Notes: generated by a model not told the origin, from the sequence alone. A stretch of 64,000 nt of DNA from Cetorhinus maximus (GCF_964194155.1 NC_135901.1:13516001-13580000), one strand, 5' to 3'. Numbered from the stretch's first letter, positions 11,046-23,479 are shown. A program made the numbers and translations.

Positions 11046-11364
11046 GCAGCTTTTTACCTTCCACATTAAGATGCTGATGATATTCAGGTTCTGATGAATC
11101 GAGTGACTCTGTCAGATCTTATTGTGATGTTTGGTTTGAGTTTCTCATCTGTAAATCCTTCCTCTTCTAATACCCTGGAAAAAGAGCTTCAAAAGCCACC
11201 AATATCAGTGCAGAATAAATATTCAGAAGTAACAAAGAGTTTGCTGTCTATAATTCCACCTCGTGCCCCACGGCTTCTAATCCCCTCTAAAAGGAATTTT
11301 CAAAAGCCATCACTGCCAGTACAGGATAGAAATCTCTCCTCCAGCTCCAGGCCGCAGAACGATC

Positions 11365-11550
11365 ACGCTTGCGCCGTCTACACAATGCCCCCTGCATAAA
11401 GATCGCGACGGCGCATGCGGCCTAGTGTGTATTCACCCCCGATAAAGATGGCGACTGCGCATGCGACCTAGTGCCTATTGGCACCGATAAAGATGGAGGC
11501 TGCGCATGCGGCCTATTGTACATTGACCCCAATAAAGATAGCAGTCGTTA
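11365..11550. repeat. About four copies of a 45-47 bp tandem unit carrying NRF1-like and YY1-like motifs
   Basis: Unit CGCATGCGGCCTAGTGY-N10-CCGATAAAGATGGCGACTG, visibly repeated with divergence. Confidence 0.8.
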
Positions 11551-11689
11551 ACATGGTTGTAATTAGAAGCGCTACAGCTGTCGAATCGCTCGGTGCAAAC
11601 GCACCGATAGATTCTGATAGATCCTTGTTCGGACCTTCAGGCCTACGCCTGATTTTTATGACGCCTCCCCGCACATCTCCAGGCTCATC

Positions 11690-11850
11690 GATCCCACCAA
11701 GTGGCCGCTGCTTCCCAGCTGCAGATGTGAAAAACAAGCCTGTGTCAGTCGGCATGCGCCAAGACTGTTCCATACTGCGCCTGCGCAATAGTCTCCTGTG
11801 GTGTGGATAGGGGGCATTCTGCACCGCGGGGAATGCTGGGTGAATGATCC
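11690..11850 (-). promoter_or_regulatory. CpG-rich promoter of the ZNF at 8580-9422
   Basis: ZNF143/Staf-like site at 11825-11842 and GCATGCG motifs. Paralogous to 18240-18400. Confidence 0.55.
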
Positions 11851-12104
11851 GCCATTGAACATTCCACTTAGTTCATAGTGGTTTTTTGTTGTAATGGAGT
11901 GGACACTTGGGGAAATTGATAAAATTAGGAAATAAATTGGACTGAAACTGAAGTGAACGGACTCTCCATTATCCAGGAGAAAGAAGGGAATTGGAAATTG
12001 ATGAACAATCGACAGTCCCTAAAACAGCAACAATAACAGCAGAATCCAACCCGTGCATTTACATGTGAACTCAGTCGTGTCTTAGCGAGTCGAGTGAATG
12101 AATC

Positions 12105-13125
12105 ACTGGGGACAGGCTATCAACAAATATTCATCATAAGCCCAGCATTCCCCAGAGCTACCACAACTATAGTTCCTTAATCCATACACCCTGTAGGGAT
12201 TCAATTTCATTCCCTTAGCTTCTCCATCAAAACCACATCTGTTCTGATGTTGCAACCTCCTGTAACAGCACCTCAGATATAGCCTCCTTTTTCCTCAACT
12301 GAAGATCTCCCATCCCCACCCCCAACCCCCAGATATTGTGTTTGACAGGTCCTTCGACCATGCTCGAACCAATTCCCTCACATCTTCCACTCCCTTACAG
12401 AAGCCCGATGGGTTTCCCATTATCCTCACTTTCCACCCCACCAGCCCCCATATTCAACAGGTCATCTCCAGTGTGATGCTGCCAGCAAACTTATGTTCCC
12501 CTTCCCCCTCTCCTTTCAAAATTTCAAAGGGACTATTCCCTCTGTGATCCCCGATCCACTTCTCTCTCACCCCCTACAATCAATCCCCTGCTCACAGCAT
12601 CTTTCCAAGTGAACAAAGGCAATGTATCACCTACCCTTTTATCCCCTCCTCACCATCCAAGGCCCCAAACTCTCCTTCCAGGTGAAGCAGCGGTTTATAA
12701 GTACTTCCTTCAATTTAATATACTACATTTGCTGTTGTCAATGTTGCCTCCTCTACATTGAGGAAACCAAACACTGGTTGGGTGACTGCTTTGCAGAGAT
12801 CTCTGCTCAGTCTGCAATCGTGACCCCGAGCTTCCAATAACCTGCCATTTTAATTCTCCACCTTCCTCTCACGCTGATATCTCTGTCCATGGTTTACTGT
12901 CATGTTCCAATGGAGCTCAATACAATCTCAACAGCACCTCATCTTTGCATTAAGCACTTTACTATCTCCTGGACTCAACAATTTCAGACTGTAATCTCTG
13001 ATTTCCCATTTTGTTTTATTTCTTTTCGTATAAGGTCATAACTGGAAATGTTAACTCATTTTCTCTTTCCATAAATGCTGGGCTTGCTGAGTATCTGCAG
13101 CAATTTCTTTCTTTCCTTCAGATTC
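12105..13125 (+). mobile_element. Penelope-like element remnant (RT C-terminus, GIY-YIG endonuclease, pLTR piece)
   Basis: STNIHHKP at about 12120, NLIYYICC.QC.LLYIEETKHWLGDCFAE (GIY-YIG-like) at about 12710-12800, and pLTR-like sequence at 13030-13125. Confidence 0.7.
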
Positions 13126-13127
13126 CC

Positions 13128-13199
13128 AGCATCACCTGGGAATTGAACACAGGTCACAGTGCAGAAAGTACTAAATTCTAACCACTAGGTCACCTGGAA
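13128..13199 (-). pseudogene. tRNA-Glu(TTC)-derived pseudogene
   Basis: Minus strand TTCCAGGTGACCTAGTGGTTAGAATTTAGTACTTTCTGCACTGTGACCTGTGTTCAATTCCCAGG aligns to tRNA-Glu with CpG-type decay. The stems are broken. Confidence 0.6.
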
Positions 13200-13639
13200 A
13201 GCAGGTGCATGGCAGTGATATAAGTGATCAGCGGAAATCTATCATACAGAGTGTAAACATGGAATGGACATGACAATGAAGTTTATGCTCTTTGTAGGTC
13301 ATCATACACGGGCAGAACTAAACAATCAGCAAACTGACCGATTCGAGCCTAGGAACTAAATCTCCAAACCTCAGTAAGGCTGCAGTTAACCTCACACCAT
13401 AGACTGTACTCACTGAATGACTGACCCCCATCGGCAGAGATTTTATGCTGTGGACCAAAGGGCTGCAAGTGACCCAGGGCCATCATTTCAATCTGATTTA
13501 AATATATGGCGTCATTGTAGGAGAACAGTGGGAGGAGGAAGTGATGATGAATCTACAGAATCCTCTGATGGGGTCTGTTCTAGTCTGGGTTTGACCTCAT
13601 AAAGGGACCGGCAGGTTCGGGCTCGGCAGCGGCCAGGGA

Positions 13640-14122
13640 GATATTGAGCATCTGGGTTGTGCTTAGGATGTTTATATTCGATAAGGATGACTCCAGTCGT
13701 ACTGTATTCAAACTAAAGTGTTAATATTGTTTCACTTTTTAATACTCGGTCTTGTCTTCTTCCTGAACGCATGTTACATTGGAGATTCAGTTACTCAGCC
13801 CAAGGCATCAAAGAGCGTGAGAGAAGGTGGAACAATCACTTCAATATGTACCCATAGCACTGCATAAAACTTGTATTATTTATATTGGTGCTGGCAACAA
13901 CCAGACAAGGAACTCCAGTTTGTTGTGTGGAGATGGTCTTGGGATGAACAACAACAGACAGAAGATGACTTCGGAATTCGTTTCTCATCTGAGCTCCAGG
14001 CCACAATTAAATTCACCAGTTTAACTGTTTCGGGGCTGCAGCTGGCTGAATGTGCCGTGTATTACTGCGCTCTTTCTCAGACTCATAATGATGGAAAACT
14101 GTCTCACCTCTGTACAAAACCT
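13640..14122 (+). pseudogene. TCR alpha/delta-like V segment pseudogene with leader remnant and 23-RSS
   Basis: GDSVTQP...TITSICT..*..YLYWCWQQPDKELQF...RFSSEL...LTVSGLQLAECAVYYCALS. Heptamer CATAATG at 14084-14090, 23-bp spacer, nonamer ACAAAACCT at 14114-14122. There is an in-frame TAA and the splice sites are damaged. Confidence 0.85.
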
Positions 14123-14615
14123 ACCTTTGGACTGTGGCTGGGCGCTCCTGTCTGTTGGGTGTCAGATAGAATCTCGGCAGACACAGCCATAATGTGGCTG
14201 TCAGGCGCTCAGACACAGATCTAGAGGAAATCAAATTAACCTCGGGTCAAACTATCACACAACTGTCTCCAGGAGCAGCCAAGAAAACAAATTGAAGAAT
14301 CCAATCGGATAGACAGATCCATCAGAGAAAAAATGTACAAGTTAAACCTTCCTTCCTGCTTCTGATCAAATATTTATCTCCTTAAAATCATGGCTCAATA
14401 TTCAGATCAGCACAGAGACAACGATTTCTGACACTCAAGAACATTCCTCAGTGTCACAGAATCAGTCTGTTGTGAGCCCTTCACACAAGGGGCTGCTTCC
14501 TGTCTCCATCTCAGTGTGTGTCAGCTCACAGCAGCGTGACTCAGCACCGTGTCAGCATCTGATCGCCCTTATATCAGGCGTCAGCAGCTGGAGCCCAGGT
14601 ATCTTGAGCGAGGGG

Positions 14616-15109
14616 AGTTTCTGTTTGAGAGTTTCACTGGTTTCTGTCACTGAGAGCCTCGGGGAGCAGTAACACTCTGCAATGTCTGTCAGTTGTAGCC
14701 CTCAAAGAGTCAACATGGTGAACTTAAGCTCTGCTGAGAAACGAGCTGTTGTAAAATCTGCTTTATCTGCATAACCGCTGGTGTATTTCATCAGAATAAA
14801 CTTGGGCTGTGTGTCTGGGGGATGCCGGGACCAGTATAAATAATTGATGCTCCGTGTGCCCCCATAGAGACAGTGCAAAGTCACCACTTTTCCTTCTAAT
14901 GTAACTTCCCGAGGACAGAGGTTGAGTGACAGAATCTCCAAGGCTCAGATCTGAAGAAAATGTTCGAACAGGAAAAACTCAGTCCTGCGGGTTTTAAAAA
15001 TTCTAGCTCAAATAATGTTCAGAAAACTAATTAAAGAAGTAAATGTGTTTAACCCATAATTACCTGTCAGAAACGCACCCCGCACAATTCAGATGCTGAG
15101 GAGCCGCAT
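14616..15109 (-). pseudogene. TCR alpha/delta-like V segment pseudogene with leader exon and 23-RSS
   Basis: Leader 15109-15064 (MRLLSI*IVRGAFLT, GT donor). V exon 14950-14655: GDSVTQP/..VTLHCLY..YLYWSRH..RFSAEL..*GLQLTDIAECYC. Heptamer CTCAGTG at 14654-14648, 23-bp spacer, nonamer ACAGAAACT at 14624-14616. Confidence 0.85.
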
Positions 15110-17029
15110 TGTCTCTATCTGCTCTGTGAAAGGAGAGCTGGATATTTGAAGACAACCGTTCTAAACCCCACCCTCAATAATCTGCTGTCGTGTCTCAGGA
15201 TGTTCTCACCTCCTTATATCAGTGAATGGAAACACCCCGAACTGGGCTACAGTCAGTCTGCTTACAGGGGGAATGGTTCCACTGTTACAGACCGAGTGGG
15301 AATAACATTCCTGTGTGACATGGTGGAGGTTTACTGACCTTCTGACTATATCGTTGAGGTCTACGATTCCTCAATTTAAAGGTGCAGGTTAGTGTGGCAT
15401 TACTTTCCTCATTAACTGTCACAAGAGGATCCCTCCCACTTTCCACTGTTTCTTTGTTATATAGACATAAAATAATAGTAATGATCGCCATCACCATCAT
15501 CATCATCATCATTGAAACCTCTGATGAGTCTCTGAAAAGGCAGCTAGCTCTCTGCAACAGAGAAGATTCTCCACATGTCAAATTTGAAGGTGGATGTTTG
15601 AATCTTGAATCAAAATATGATAAACAACATCAAGTTCAGAACTATCATGTTACAGGATATCTGTAATCACAGAAGAGTAAAGGTACATTATAAGCAGTGT
15701 ACATCCATCATGTATTCTTCTGTCTTTATGTCTGCCTTCATATACCCCATTCATTTCAGTTTTCCTCCTTTTTATCTCTGTCTGTGTAATAATGATACAT
15801 ATGTAGATACACAGATTCTCATCACAGTCTCTTTCCCACATCGTGAATTTGTCGGGATCACATGTATCACCGAGCCCTCAGTGAACCATTGGGTTCATGG
15901 GTTGAAGCCAAGTTCAAATAATTCCAAAGTATCTCTTACCAGATGCAGTTAATGCTGAGCAAATGGAAACAGTCTCGTTATAATACCGAGAGAAACTTGT
16001 CAGTCATGTCAAATCGGAAATAATATTCATCATTCTGATGAAAATAGAACTAAGAAACATTTGAGGAAAAGAAACCCATCATGACAATTGGAATGTGAAC
16101 TGTCTGGTTCAATGAGCGGTCAGCAAATGGTTCCAATGCAGCAGGATCGTCGAGTGATTAAGGTGTTGGACTTGGGTTCAATAAACAAATGCTCAAGTGA
16201 GTTGAACACCCCCCACCTAGCCTCCTCCTGGAGGTTTGCCAGAGTTGTTTCCGTTTTTGTTGAGCGAGGAATATGGAGGTAAGGGAATGATGCTGATAGG
16301 CAGATCAGTAATTCTCTTAGTGAATTCAAAGTAGTGTCAATGGCTGAATGACCTCCCCCTGTTTCTATTGAAGAACAATATATATTCCAAATACGGTGGA
16401 GAGTGGGATTGATGGAGAATGATGCAGAGTGAGAAAGACAGATACATAGAAAGAGAGAAAGTTAGTCTGACAGAGAGAAATTACAATCAATTTATTTCCT
16501 AAAAAGGCAGGCTTGGCACAGAGTGTGGCCCATCACAGATGAGTTGAAGAATTTAAAAGAAGCTCTTGGAAAGTCGAGTATTGAAGACAAATGGGATTAA
16601 AAAGACTAAATCTTGGAGTGTTTAACAAAATAATGATGTAAAATGTTGGGGGAGTGGGGTGGTGGTGGTATATGAACTCCTCCTATTTCTGTGTTACACT
16701 TCCCTATTTTTTCCAATTAAGTAAAAACAACCAATCAGACATGGAATGCCTGAGACTGCTTGCTGTCAACAACACATTTCCCCTCTCTAACCTCAGTATT
16801 GGAGAGAAGTGCACCTGTTAACCGTTTCCTATTCAGTTTCCCATTTCCACACAGAACAGTTAAACGAGTGGTTTCTGCACTGCAGTCACTGAGAGCTCAA
16901 TGTCCATTGATCAGTAAAACCGTCTTCAGTCACGTTAAAATTACTTAATGGGACAAGATTAAAACACAAACAGCTGGGAATCAGAAATAGAATCAGTTTC
17001 ACAAGTTAAAAGGATTTCCTGGATCTAAG

Positions 17030-18185
17030 TTCATGAGAAATAGCAGCAGAATAGATCATTGGGCCCCTCCAGCCTGCTCCATCATTGAATATGATCATGG
17101 CCGATCGTTGGCTTCAACTCCACTTTTCTTCCTGTTCCCCATTTCCATTGATTCACCAAGAGAGCAAAAATTTGTCTATCTCAGCCTTAAATGTATTCAA
17201 CAATGGAGCATCCGAAATCCTTTGGAGTACAGAGTTCCAAAGCCTCACAACAGCATGAGTGAATAAATTTCTCCTCTTCTCAGTCCTAAATGATTGGCTC
17301 CTAATCCTGAGTCTGCGCCCCGTGTTTTTGATTCTTCAGCCAGGGAGACAACCTCTCCATGCCTGCCCTGTCAAGCTCCTCCAGAATCTTATATGTTTCA
17401 ATGGGATCACCTCTCATCTTTTAGCTCCTGAGATTATAAGACCAATTTACTCAGTCACTCACCATAGGACAACCATTTCATCCCAGGGACCAAGGTGGTG
17501 AACCTTCACTGTACTACCTCTAATGTATTCTTAAATCTGGAAATCAAAACTGCACACAGGGTCGCAATTGTGGTCTCAGCAAAGCCCTGTATAATTGTAG
17601 CAAGACAACTTCATTCTGGTACTCCAATCCCCTCGCATTAAAGGCTAAATAAGGATGATGAAAGGCAATAAAGGCCAATGAAACAACAAATGGCAATGGA
17701 CTCATTCTTCCTGGAGACAGAATAAATGAGAGAATAATATTTCACAGAGAAAGAATATTTTGCATCTGTCTTTACCAAGGAAGATGCTACCAGGCTACGG
17801 TGAAATAGGAGGTAATTAAAACACTAGGAGTATTTAAAATTGATAAGAAGGAGATATTAGGTAGGCTGTCTATGCTCAAAGTTGATAAAGCACCAGGACT
17901 GAATGAGTTGCATCCAGGGATAATGAGGGAAGTGAGAGTGGAAATTGTGGAGGCAAAGGACATAATTTTCCAATCTTACTTAGACTCAGAGGTGGTTCAG
18001 AGGACTGGAGAATTGCAAATGTTACAATTTTGTTCAAAAAGGGTAAAGATAAGTCCAGTAACTACAGGTCAGTCAGTTTAACTTCAGCGGTGGGGAAACT
18101 TCTTGAAACAATGATTCGGGATAAAATTAATAATCACGCCGACAAATATGGAAAGGAAAACCAGCACGGATTTAATCTTACCAAT
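17030..18185. mobile_element. CR1 LINE fragments (3' tail on -, RT part on +)
   Basis: KAPGLNELHP and NYRSVSLTSAVGKLLE..NQHGF on +. CR1 3' region on - at about 17030-17650. Confidence 0.7.
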
Positions 18186-18239
18186 TTGCCGTTCGATCCC
18201 AGTGTGAAAGCAATAAAAATATTCTGTTTACAATTGGGA

Positions 18240-18620
18240 TTCTCGATGGCTTCGCTTTTACCCAGCATACCCCGCGTGTGGAAAATATCCCCTATCCATA
18301 CCACAGCGGAACAGTGCGCAGGCGCGGTGCCACCCAGTGCTGGGAGCATGCGCAATGTCAGTCATGACCAGGGACAGACGCTTGCTGCCTGGATCCACAA
18401 TGGGTAAAGTGGGTGATGGCGGGGTGGAGGGAGCGATGGATCCGGCGGGTGGACGGGGAGGCTCCAGAAACATGTTGTGTAAACCGCAAACCTCGAATGA
18501 GAAGCTACCGACTCCCCGTTTGCACCGAGTGGACCCGAGAAGAAATGTCCCGGTGACAAACCCGGAGCAGGAGGAGAGAATGTTGTGAATTTCTATCCTG
18601 GACTGAGGGATGGATTTTGG
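18240..18620 (+). promoter_or_regulatory. CpG-rich promoter and first-exon region of the ZNF at 19378
   Basis: TACCCAGCATACCCCGCG (ZNF143-like) at 18259-18276, GCATGCGCA at about 18346, and the shared motif GAATTTCTATCCTGGACTGA at about 18590. Confidence 0.6.
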
Positions 18621-19377
18621 AAACCAAACAAAAATTACAGGCGTTGGGGAAGTTTGGATTGGAGTTTTTTTTCTTGAGAAAAGGAAGAGTGAACAGTGAG
18701 CTGATGGAGGTCTTTACAATGATCAATGGGTTGGATGGAGTAGATATGGAGACAATGTTTCCACTTGAAATTTCTTTACTCAGAGAGTGGTGAGGATGTG
18801 GAACTCACAGGAAACCATTGAGGAAAGGAAACTGATAATTTCAACAGGAAACTGGATGAGTACGTGAGAAAAAAGGGATTAGAAAGATAAACTGAAAGGC
18901 TGAGATAATTTGGATGGAATGGGAGGAGAAGCATAAAACTAGCAGAATAGTTGGACAGAATGGCCTGTTTGTTCATTGCATATTTTGAGTATTTCAAATT
19001 AAACTCTTTTTACAGGGTATTCGGAGGGTTTGATTTGCAGATGGGAAATTCAAATCAAACATCACGTCAAGATCTGACAGAGACAATTGCTCCACCAGGG
19101 CCTGAATGTCATCAGCCTTTGAATGTGGAAGGAGAAATGTTTGTCTGTTCTGTCTGTGAGAAAAGATTTCAAACATCAATGTGACTGGAAAAGCACAAAG
19201 ACAGACACACACCCGAGTGACAGTGTTGCAGTGAATTGACTGTGGAAAGAGCTTTAACCAGTTACACAGCCTGAAAAAACATCACACTGTTCACAGCGGG
19301 GAGAGACTGTACATGTATGTGTGTGGTCAGGCTTCAACTAAGCGCGCAACCTGGAGAGACACAAGGATACCCACACC

Positions 19378-20526
19378 ATGGGGAAACCGTGGAAATGTGG
19401 GGACTGTGGGAAGGGATTCAATTCCCCATCTGAGGTGGAAACTCATCGACGCTGCCACATTGGGGAGAGGCCGTTCACCTGCTCCGTGTGTGGGAAGGGA
19501 TTCACTCAGTCATCCAGCCTCTACACACACCAGCATGTTCATACTGGTGAGAGGCCATTCACCTGCCTTGAATGTGGGAAGAGATTTAATGCTTTATCAA
19601 ACCTCCGGACTCACCATCGGGCTCACTCTGATGAGAGACCGTTTAAATGTTCTGACTGTGAGAAGAGCTTTAAAAGCACAAAGGATCTACTGACACACCA
19701 ACGCACTCACACTGGGGAGAGGCCATTCATCTGCACAGTATGTGGGAAGGGATTCACTCAGTCATCCCACCTCCTGACACACCAACTTGTTCACACTGAC
19801 AAGAGACCTTTTGAATGTTGTGACTGTGAGAAGAGCTTTAAAAGTAAAAAGGATTTACTGAACCACAAACGCACTCACACTGGGGAGAGGCCATTCACCT
19901 GCTCCGTGTGTAGTAAGAGATTCACTTGTTCATCCCACCTTCTGACACACCAATTTGTTCACACTGATCAGAGACCTTTTCATTGTTCTGACTGTGAGAA
20001 GAAATTTAAAAGCAAAAAGGATCTTCTGAAACACAAACACACTCACACTGGGGAGAGGCCGTTCACCTGCTCTATCTGTGGGAAGGTATTCACTCGGTTA
20101 GCCCACCTGGTGAGACACCATCGAGTTCACACTGGGGAGAGGCCATTCACCTGCACTGAGTGTGGGCAGGAATTCATTGATTCATCAGACCTTCTGATAC
20201 ACCAGCGAGTTCACTCTGGGGAGAAACCATACACTTGCCTTGTGTGTGGCAAAAGATTCAGTCAGTCATCTCATCTTACTACACATCAACTTGTTCACAC
20301 TGATCAGAGACCTTTTAAATGTTCTGACTGTGAGAAGAGATTTAAAAGTAAAAGGAATCTGCTGACACACCAGCAAGTTCACACTGGGGAGAGGCCGTTC
20401 ACCTGCTCCATGTGTGGGAAGGGATTTGCTCAGTCAAACAACCTGCTGAGACACCAGCAAGTTCACATGCGACAGCGGGGGTTGGATTCTGCTGTTACTG
20501 CTGCAGTTAATCACATCCAGGACTGA
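19378..20526 (+). CDS. C2H2 zinc-finger protein, 13 fingers, no KRAB
   Basis: 382-aa open frame starting MGKPWKC. Acceptor TTTTTACAG at about 19014 and decayed upstream fingers. Confidence 0.9.
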   Translation: MGKPWKCGDCGKGFNSPSEVETHRRCHIGERPFTCSVCGKGFTQSSSLYTHQHVHTGERPFTCLECGKRFNALSNLRTHHRAHSDERPFKCSDCEKSFKSTKDLLTHQRTHTGERPFICTVCGKGFTQSSHLLTHQLVHTDKRPFECCDCEKSFKSKKDLLNHKRTHTGERPFTCSVCSKRFTCSSHLLTHQFVHTDQRPFHCSDCEKKFKSKKDLLKHKHTHTGERPFTCSICGKVFTRLAHLVRHHRVHTGERPFTCTECGQEFIDSSDLLIHQRVHSGEKPYTCLVCGKRFSQSSHLTTHQLVHTDQRPFKCSDCEKRFKSKRNLLTHQQVHTGERPFTCSMCGKGFAQSNNLLRHQQVHMRQRGLDSAVTAAVNHIQD

Positions 20527-20539
20527 ATCATGTCTGGAA

Positions 20540-22315
20540 GTTTGTTCCCAGTGGGGTTCCGCAGTTTGTGGTTTATAACAATGATTTAGACTTACTCATT
20601 GCCCCTACATTTAAGAAGTTTGCAGATGATACAATAGTTGCTGGTGTGGTTGACAATGAGGAAGAAAGCTGTGGACTGCAGGAAGATATCAAAGGACTGG
20701 TCAGATGGGCAGAAAAATGGCAAATGGAATTCAGTCTGGATCACGGTGAGATAATGAATTTGGGAGGGTAAACAAGACAAGGGAATGAACAATATACTTC
20801 TCAGCATCATCCCGTTTTGAGGAACAGAGAGACCTTGGAGTGCATATCCACAGATCCCTGAATGTGGCTGGATGGGTAGATCAGGTGGTCAAATTTGGGA
20901 CACTTACTTGTCTGAGGACTAGAATGTAAGAGCAGGGAGATTATGTTAGAATTATGTGAAACACTAGTTAGAGCACAGCTAGAGTACTGAGTACTTTCAC
21001 ATTAATCAGCTATAAAGTACTCATTTAGACTAAAACTAAAGACAAATTGATAATTTATCATATAATTAGTCAGTATTTAATTAATCAAATCTAGGGGATA
21101 ATGATAAAGCTAACTAACCAGGGATTGAAACAGTGAAGAAGTCTGAATTTTTCAGGAAATTAAACTCTGAGGTGTTTAGGTAATAAGAGTTAAGAAAAAC
21201 ATTTCTGTTAATTTCCTATAAAAATTAGGTGACTTCAGCTGATTGGAGAGTAGTCGATAAATCTTTATTTATTTTAATCACTGGTTTATTTTGCTTAAGT
21301 GAATTAATAGTTAAATAAAGGGATGGCAGGGCATCCAAGTCCTGTGAATTGCGCATCCATGTGGGAAAACCAGGATGCATCACATGTGCTGGACGATCAC
21401 AAAGGGGAATGGTTGAGGGTGTTTTTGGGATCAGAAGGCTGTTTCCAGTGGAGTTCTGAATGGCTTACTGCAGGATCCCATGCTTTTATGGTATAAATCA
21501 CTGATTTAGACTTTAACATAGGGGGCATGATTAAGATATTGGCAGCCTTGTGGTTAACAGTGAGGAAGAAAGCTGTAGGCTGCAGAAATATATCAATGGA
21601 CTGATCAGGTGGGCAAAAACGTAGCAAATGGAGATCAGCCTGGAGAAGTGTGAGGTAATAAATACATTTGGGGAGGAAAACTAAGGCAAAGGGAAAGAAT
21701 ATTACTGGTATGATGGTGAGAAGTGTAGAGGAACAGAGGGACATTGGAATGCATGTCCACAGATCCCTGAAGGTGACAGGAGAGGTAGATAAGGTAATTA
21801 AAAAGGCAGACAGGATACTTTCTGTTATTAACTGAGACATAGAATACAAGAGCAGGAAATACTTAAATACTTCCAGCATTTTCTACTGATGAAAGATTAC
21901 AGACTTGAAACTCTGCACTCTCCACAGATGTTGCCAGAGCTGCTGAGTATTTCTAACATTTTCTGTTTTTATTACAAGCTCAGGGAGGTTATACTAAAGT
22001 TGTATAAAACACTAGTTAGACCACAGCTAGATTACCGAGTACAGTTCCAATCACTGCATTACAGGAAGGATGTGTTCACACCATAGAGGGTACAGAGGAG
22101 ATTTACGAGGATGTTGACAGGGCTGGAGAATTTTAACTGTGAGGAAAGATTGCATTGGCTGGGGTTGTTTTCTTTGGAACAGAGGAGGCTGAGCGGAGAT
22201 TTAACTGAGACGTATAAAATTATGAGGGGCGAGATGGAGTGGATAGGAAGGACCTACTTCGATTAACAGAGATGTCAATGACCAGAGGGCTTAGATTTAA
22301 ACTAATTACCAGGTG
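20540..22315 (+). mobile_element. CR1 LINE fragments, with a Penelope pLTR piece at about 21870-21975
   Basis: KFADDT, LQEDIKGLVRWAEKWQMEF, LYKTLVRPQLDY.VQF and LGLFSLEQRRL motifs. Confidence 0.75.
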
Positions 22316-22324
22316 ATTGGAAAC

Positions 22325-22620
22325 GGGAGGGATTCACTGAATCATCCCACCTCAGTTCACACTGAGGAGAGGCTATTCACCTGCTCTGAGTGCAAGAAGG
22401 GGTTCACTCAGTTATCCACCCTGCTGAGACACCAGTGAATTCACACTGGGGGAGGCCGTTCACCTGCTCTGAGTGGGATGGGATTCACTCAGTCATCCAC
22501 CCTGTTGAGATACCAGTGAGTCACGGCAGGAGCTGGATTCTGCTGTTATTGCTGCTGTTAGTCTCATTCAGCATTGAACCATATTAATTCTGGATTTTGC
22601 TGATGTTAATAACTCCTGTA
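22325..22620 (+). pseudogene. Degenerate C2H2 ZNF 3' fragment (2-3 fingers plus 3' UTR)
   Basis: Frameshifted CACACTG..GAGGCCGTTCACCTGCTCTGAGTG repeats followed by the family 3' UTR motif GGATTCTGCTGTTA. Confidence 0.7.
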
Positions 22621-22654
22621 ATATTCATTTGGTTGTACAGGACTTGAGTATTGC

Positions 22655-23315
22655 TAATCTTTTCATCTTGTACTCATCAGGACACTTCGCAAGAATAAGA
22701 CCATAAGATGTAGGAGCAGAAGTAGGCCATTCGGCTCATCGAATCTGCTCTGCCATTCAATGAGCTCATGGCTCATCTGATACTCCTCAACTCCACTTTC
22801 TTGCCTTGTCCCCATACCCCTTGATTCCCTTACTGATTAAAAATCTGTCTAAAGAACACCAATAACAACAATATATACTGTGTGTGAAGAGAGTGCAGAT
22901 TGGTTGGCAAGTGGCATTGCCATGGAGAATGCACCACTGATGGTGACAGACAGTTAACTGCCAAGCATTGTTTGAAATTTAAACCAGGCAGCTTGTCCCT
23001 GATTGGTCAAGGCATTACTTGAGGAATGAATCAACCAATGGCTGTCACTTATTTTGTTTAGCTGCGCATACATTGCGCCTTTCTCAGCTAAACAATATAA
23101 GTGACAGCTATTTGCTGACTCATTTCGCAGGGCAACGCCTTAACCAATCAGGGCAAGCTGCATGGTTTAAATTTCAAACAATGCTTGGCAGTTAACTATC
23201 AGTCACCATCAGTGGTGCATTCTCCATGGCAACGGCACTCTTCACATGCAATATAAATTGTTGTTATTAGTATTCTTGCAAAGTGTCCTGATGAATGCAA
23301 GACAACGTTTAGACA
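22655..23315. mobile_element. Long palindromic (fold-back) element with hammerhead-like termini, interrupted by a CR1-tail insert at about 22697-22851
   Basis: Arms 22861-23063 and 23085-23269 are reverse complements. Outer arms 22666-22697 and 23271-23302 carry GTGTCCTGATGA. Confidence 0.75.
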
Positions 23316-23479
23316 TGCCTCTTTTTTCCAGCAATCTCTTGTAATGTGGTTGGAGTTTAATATTTTAGTATATCAAATAAATCAGCTTTGTTTCAAACAT
23401 ACAGTGTGTCGTATGTTTGATTTCTCTAAGATTTCATGAGCCTGTTCCCTTCAATCCACTCAGGAAATGTATTTAACAG

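Noticed and set aside
11365-11550. CRISPR-like array
   Set aside because: This is eukaryotic DNA with no unique spacers and no cas genes. It is a simple diverged minisatellite.
15486-15512. (CAT)n tract read as poly-Met or poly-Ile
   Set aside because: It is a short microsatellite with no independent coding support.
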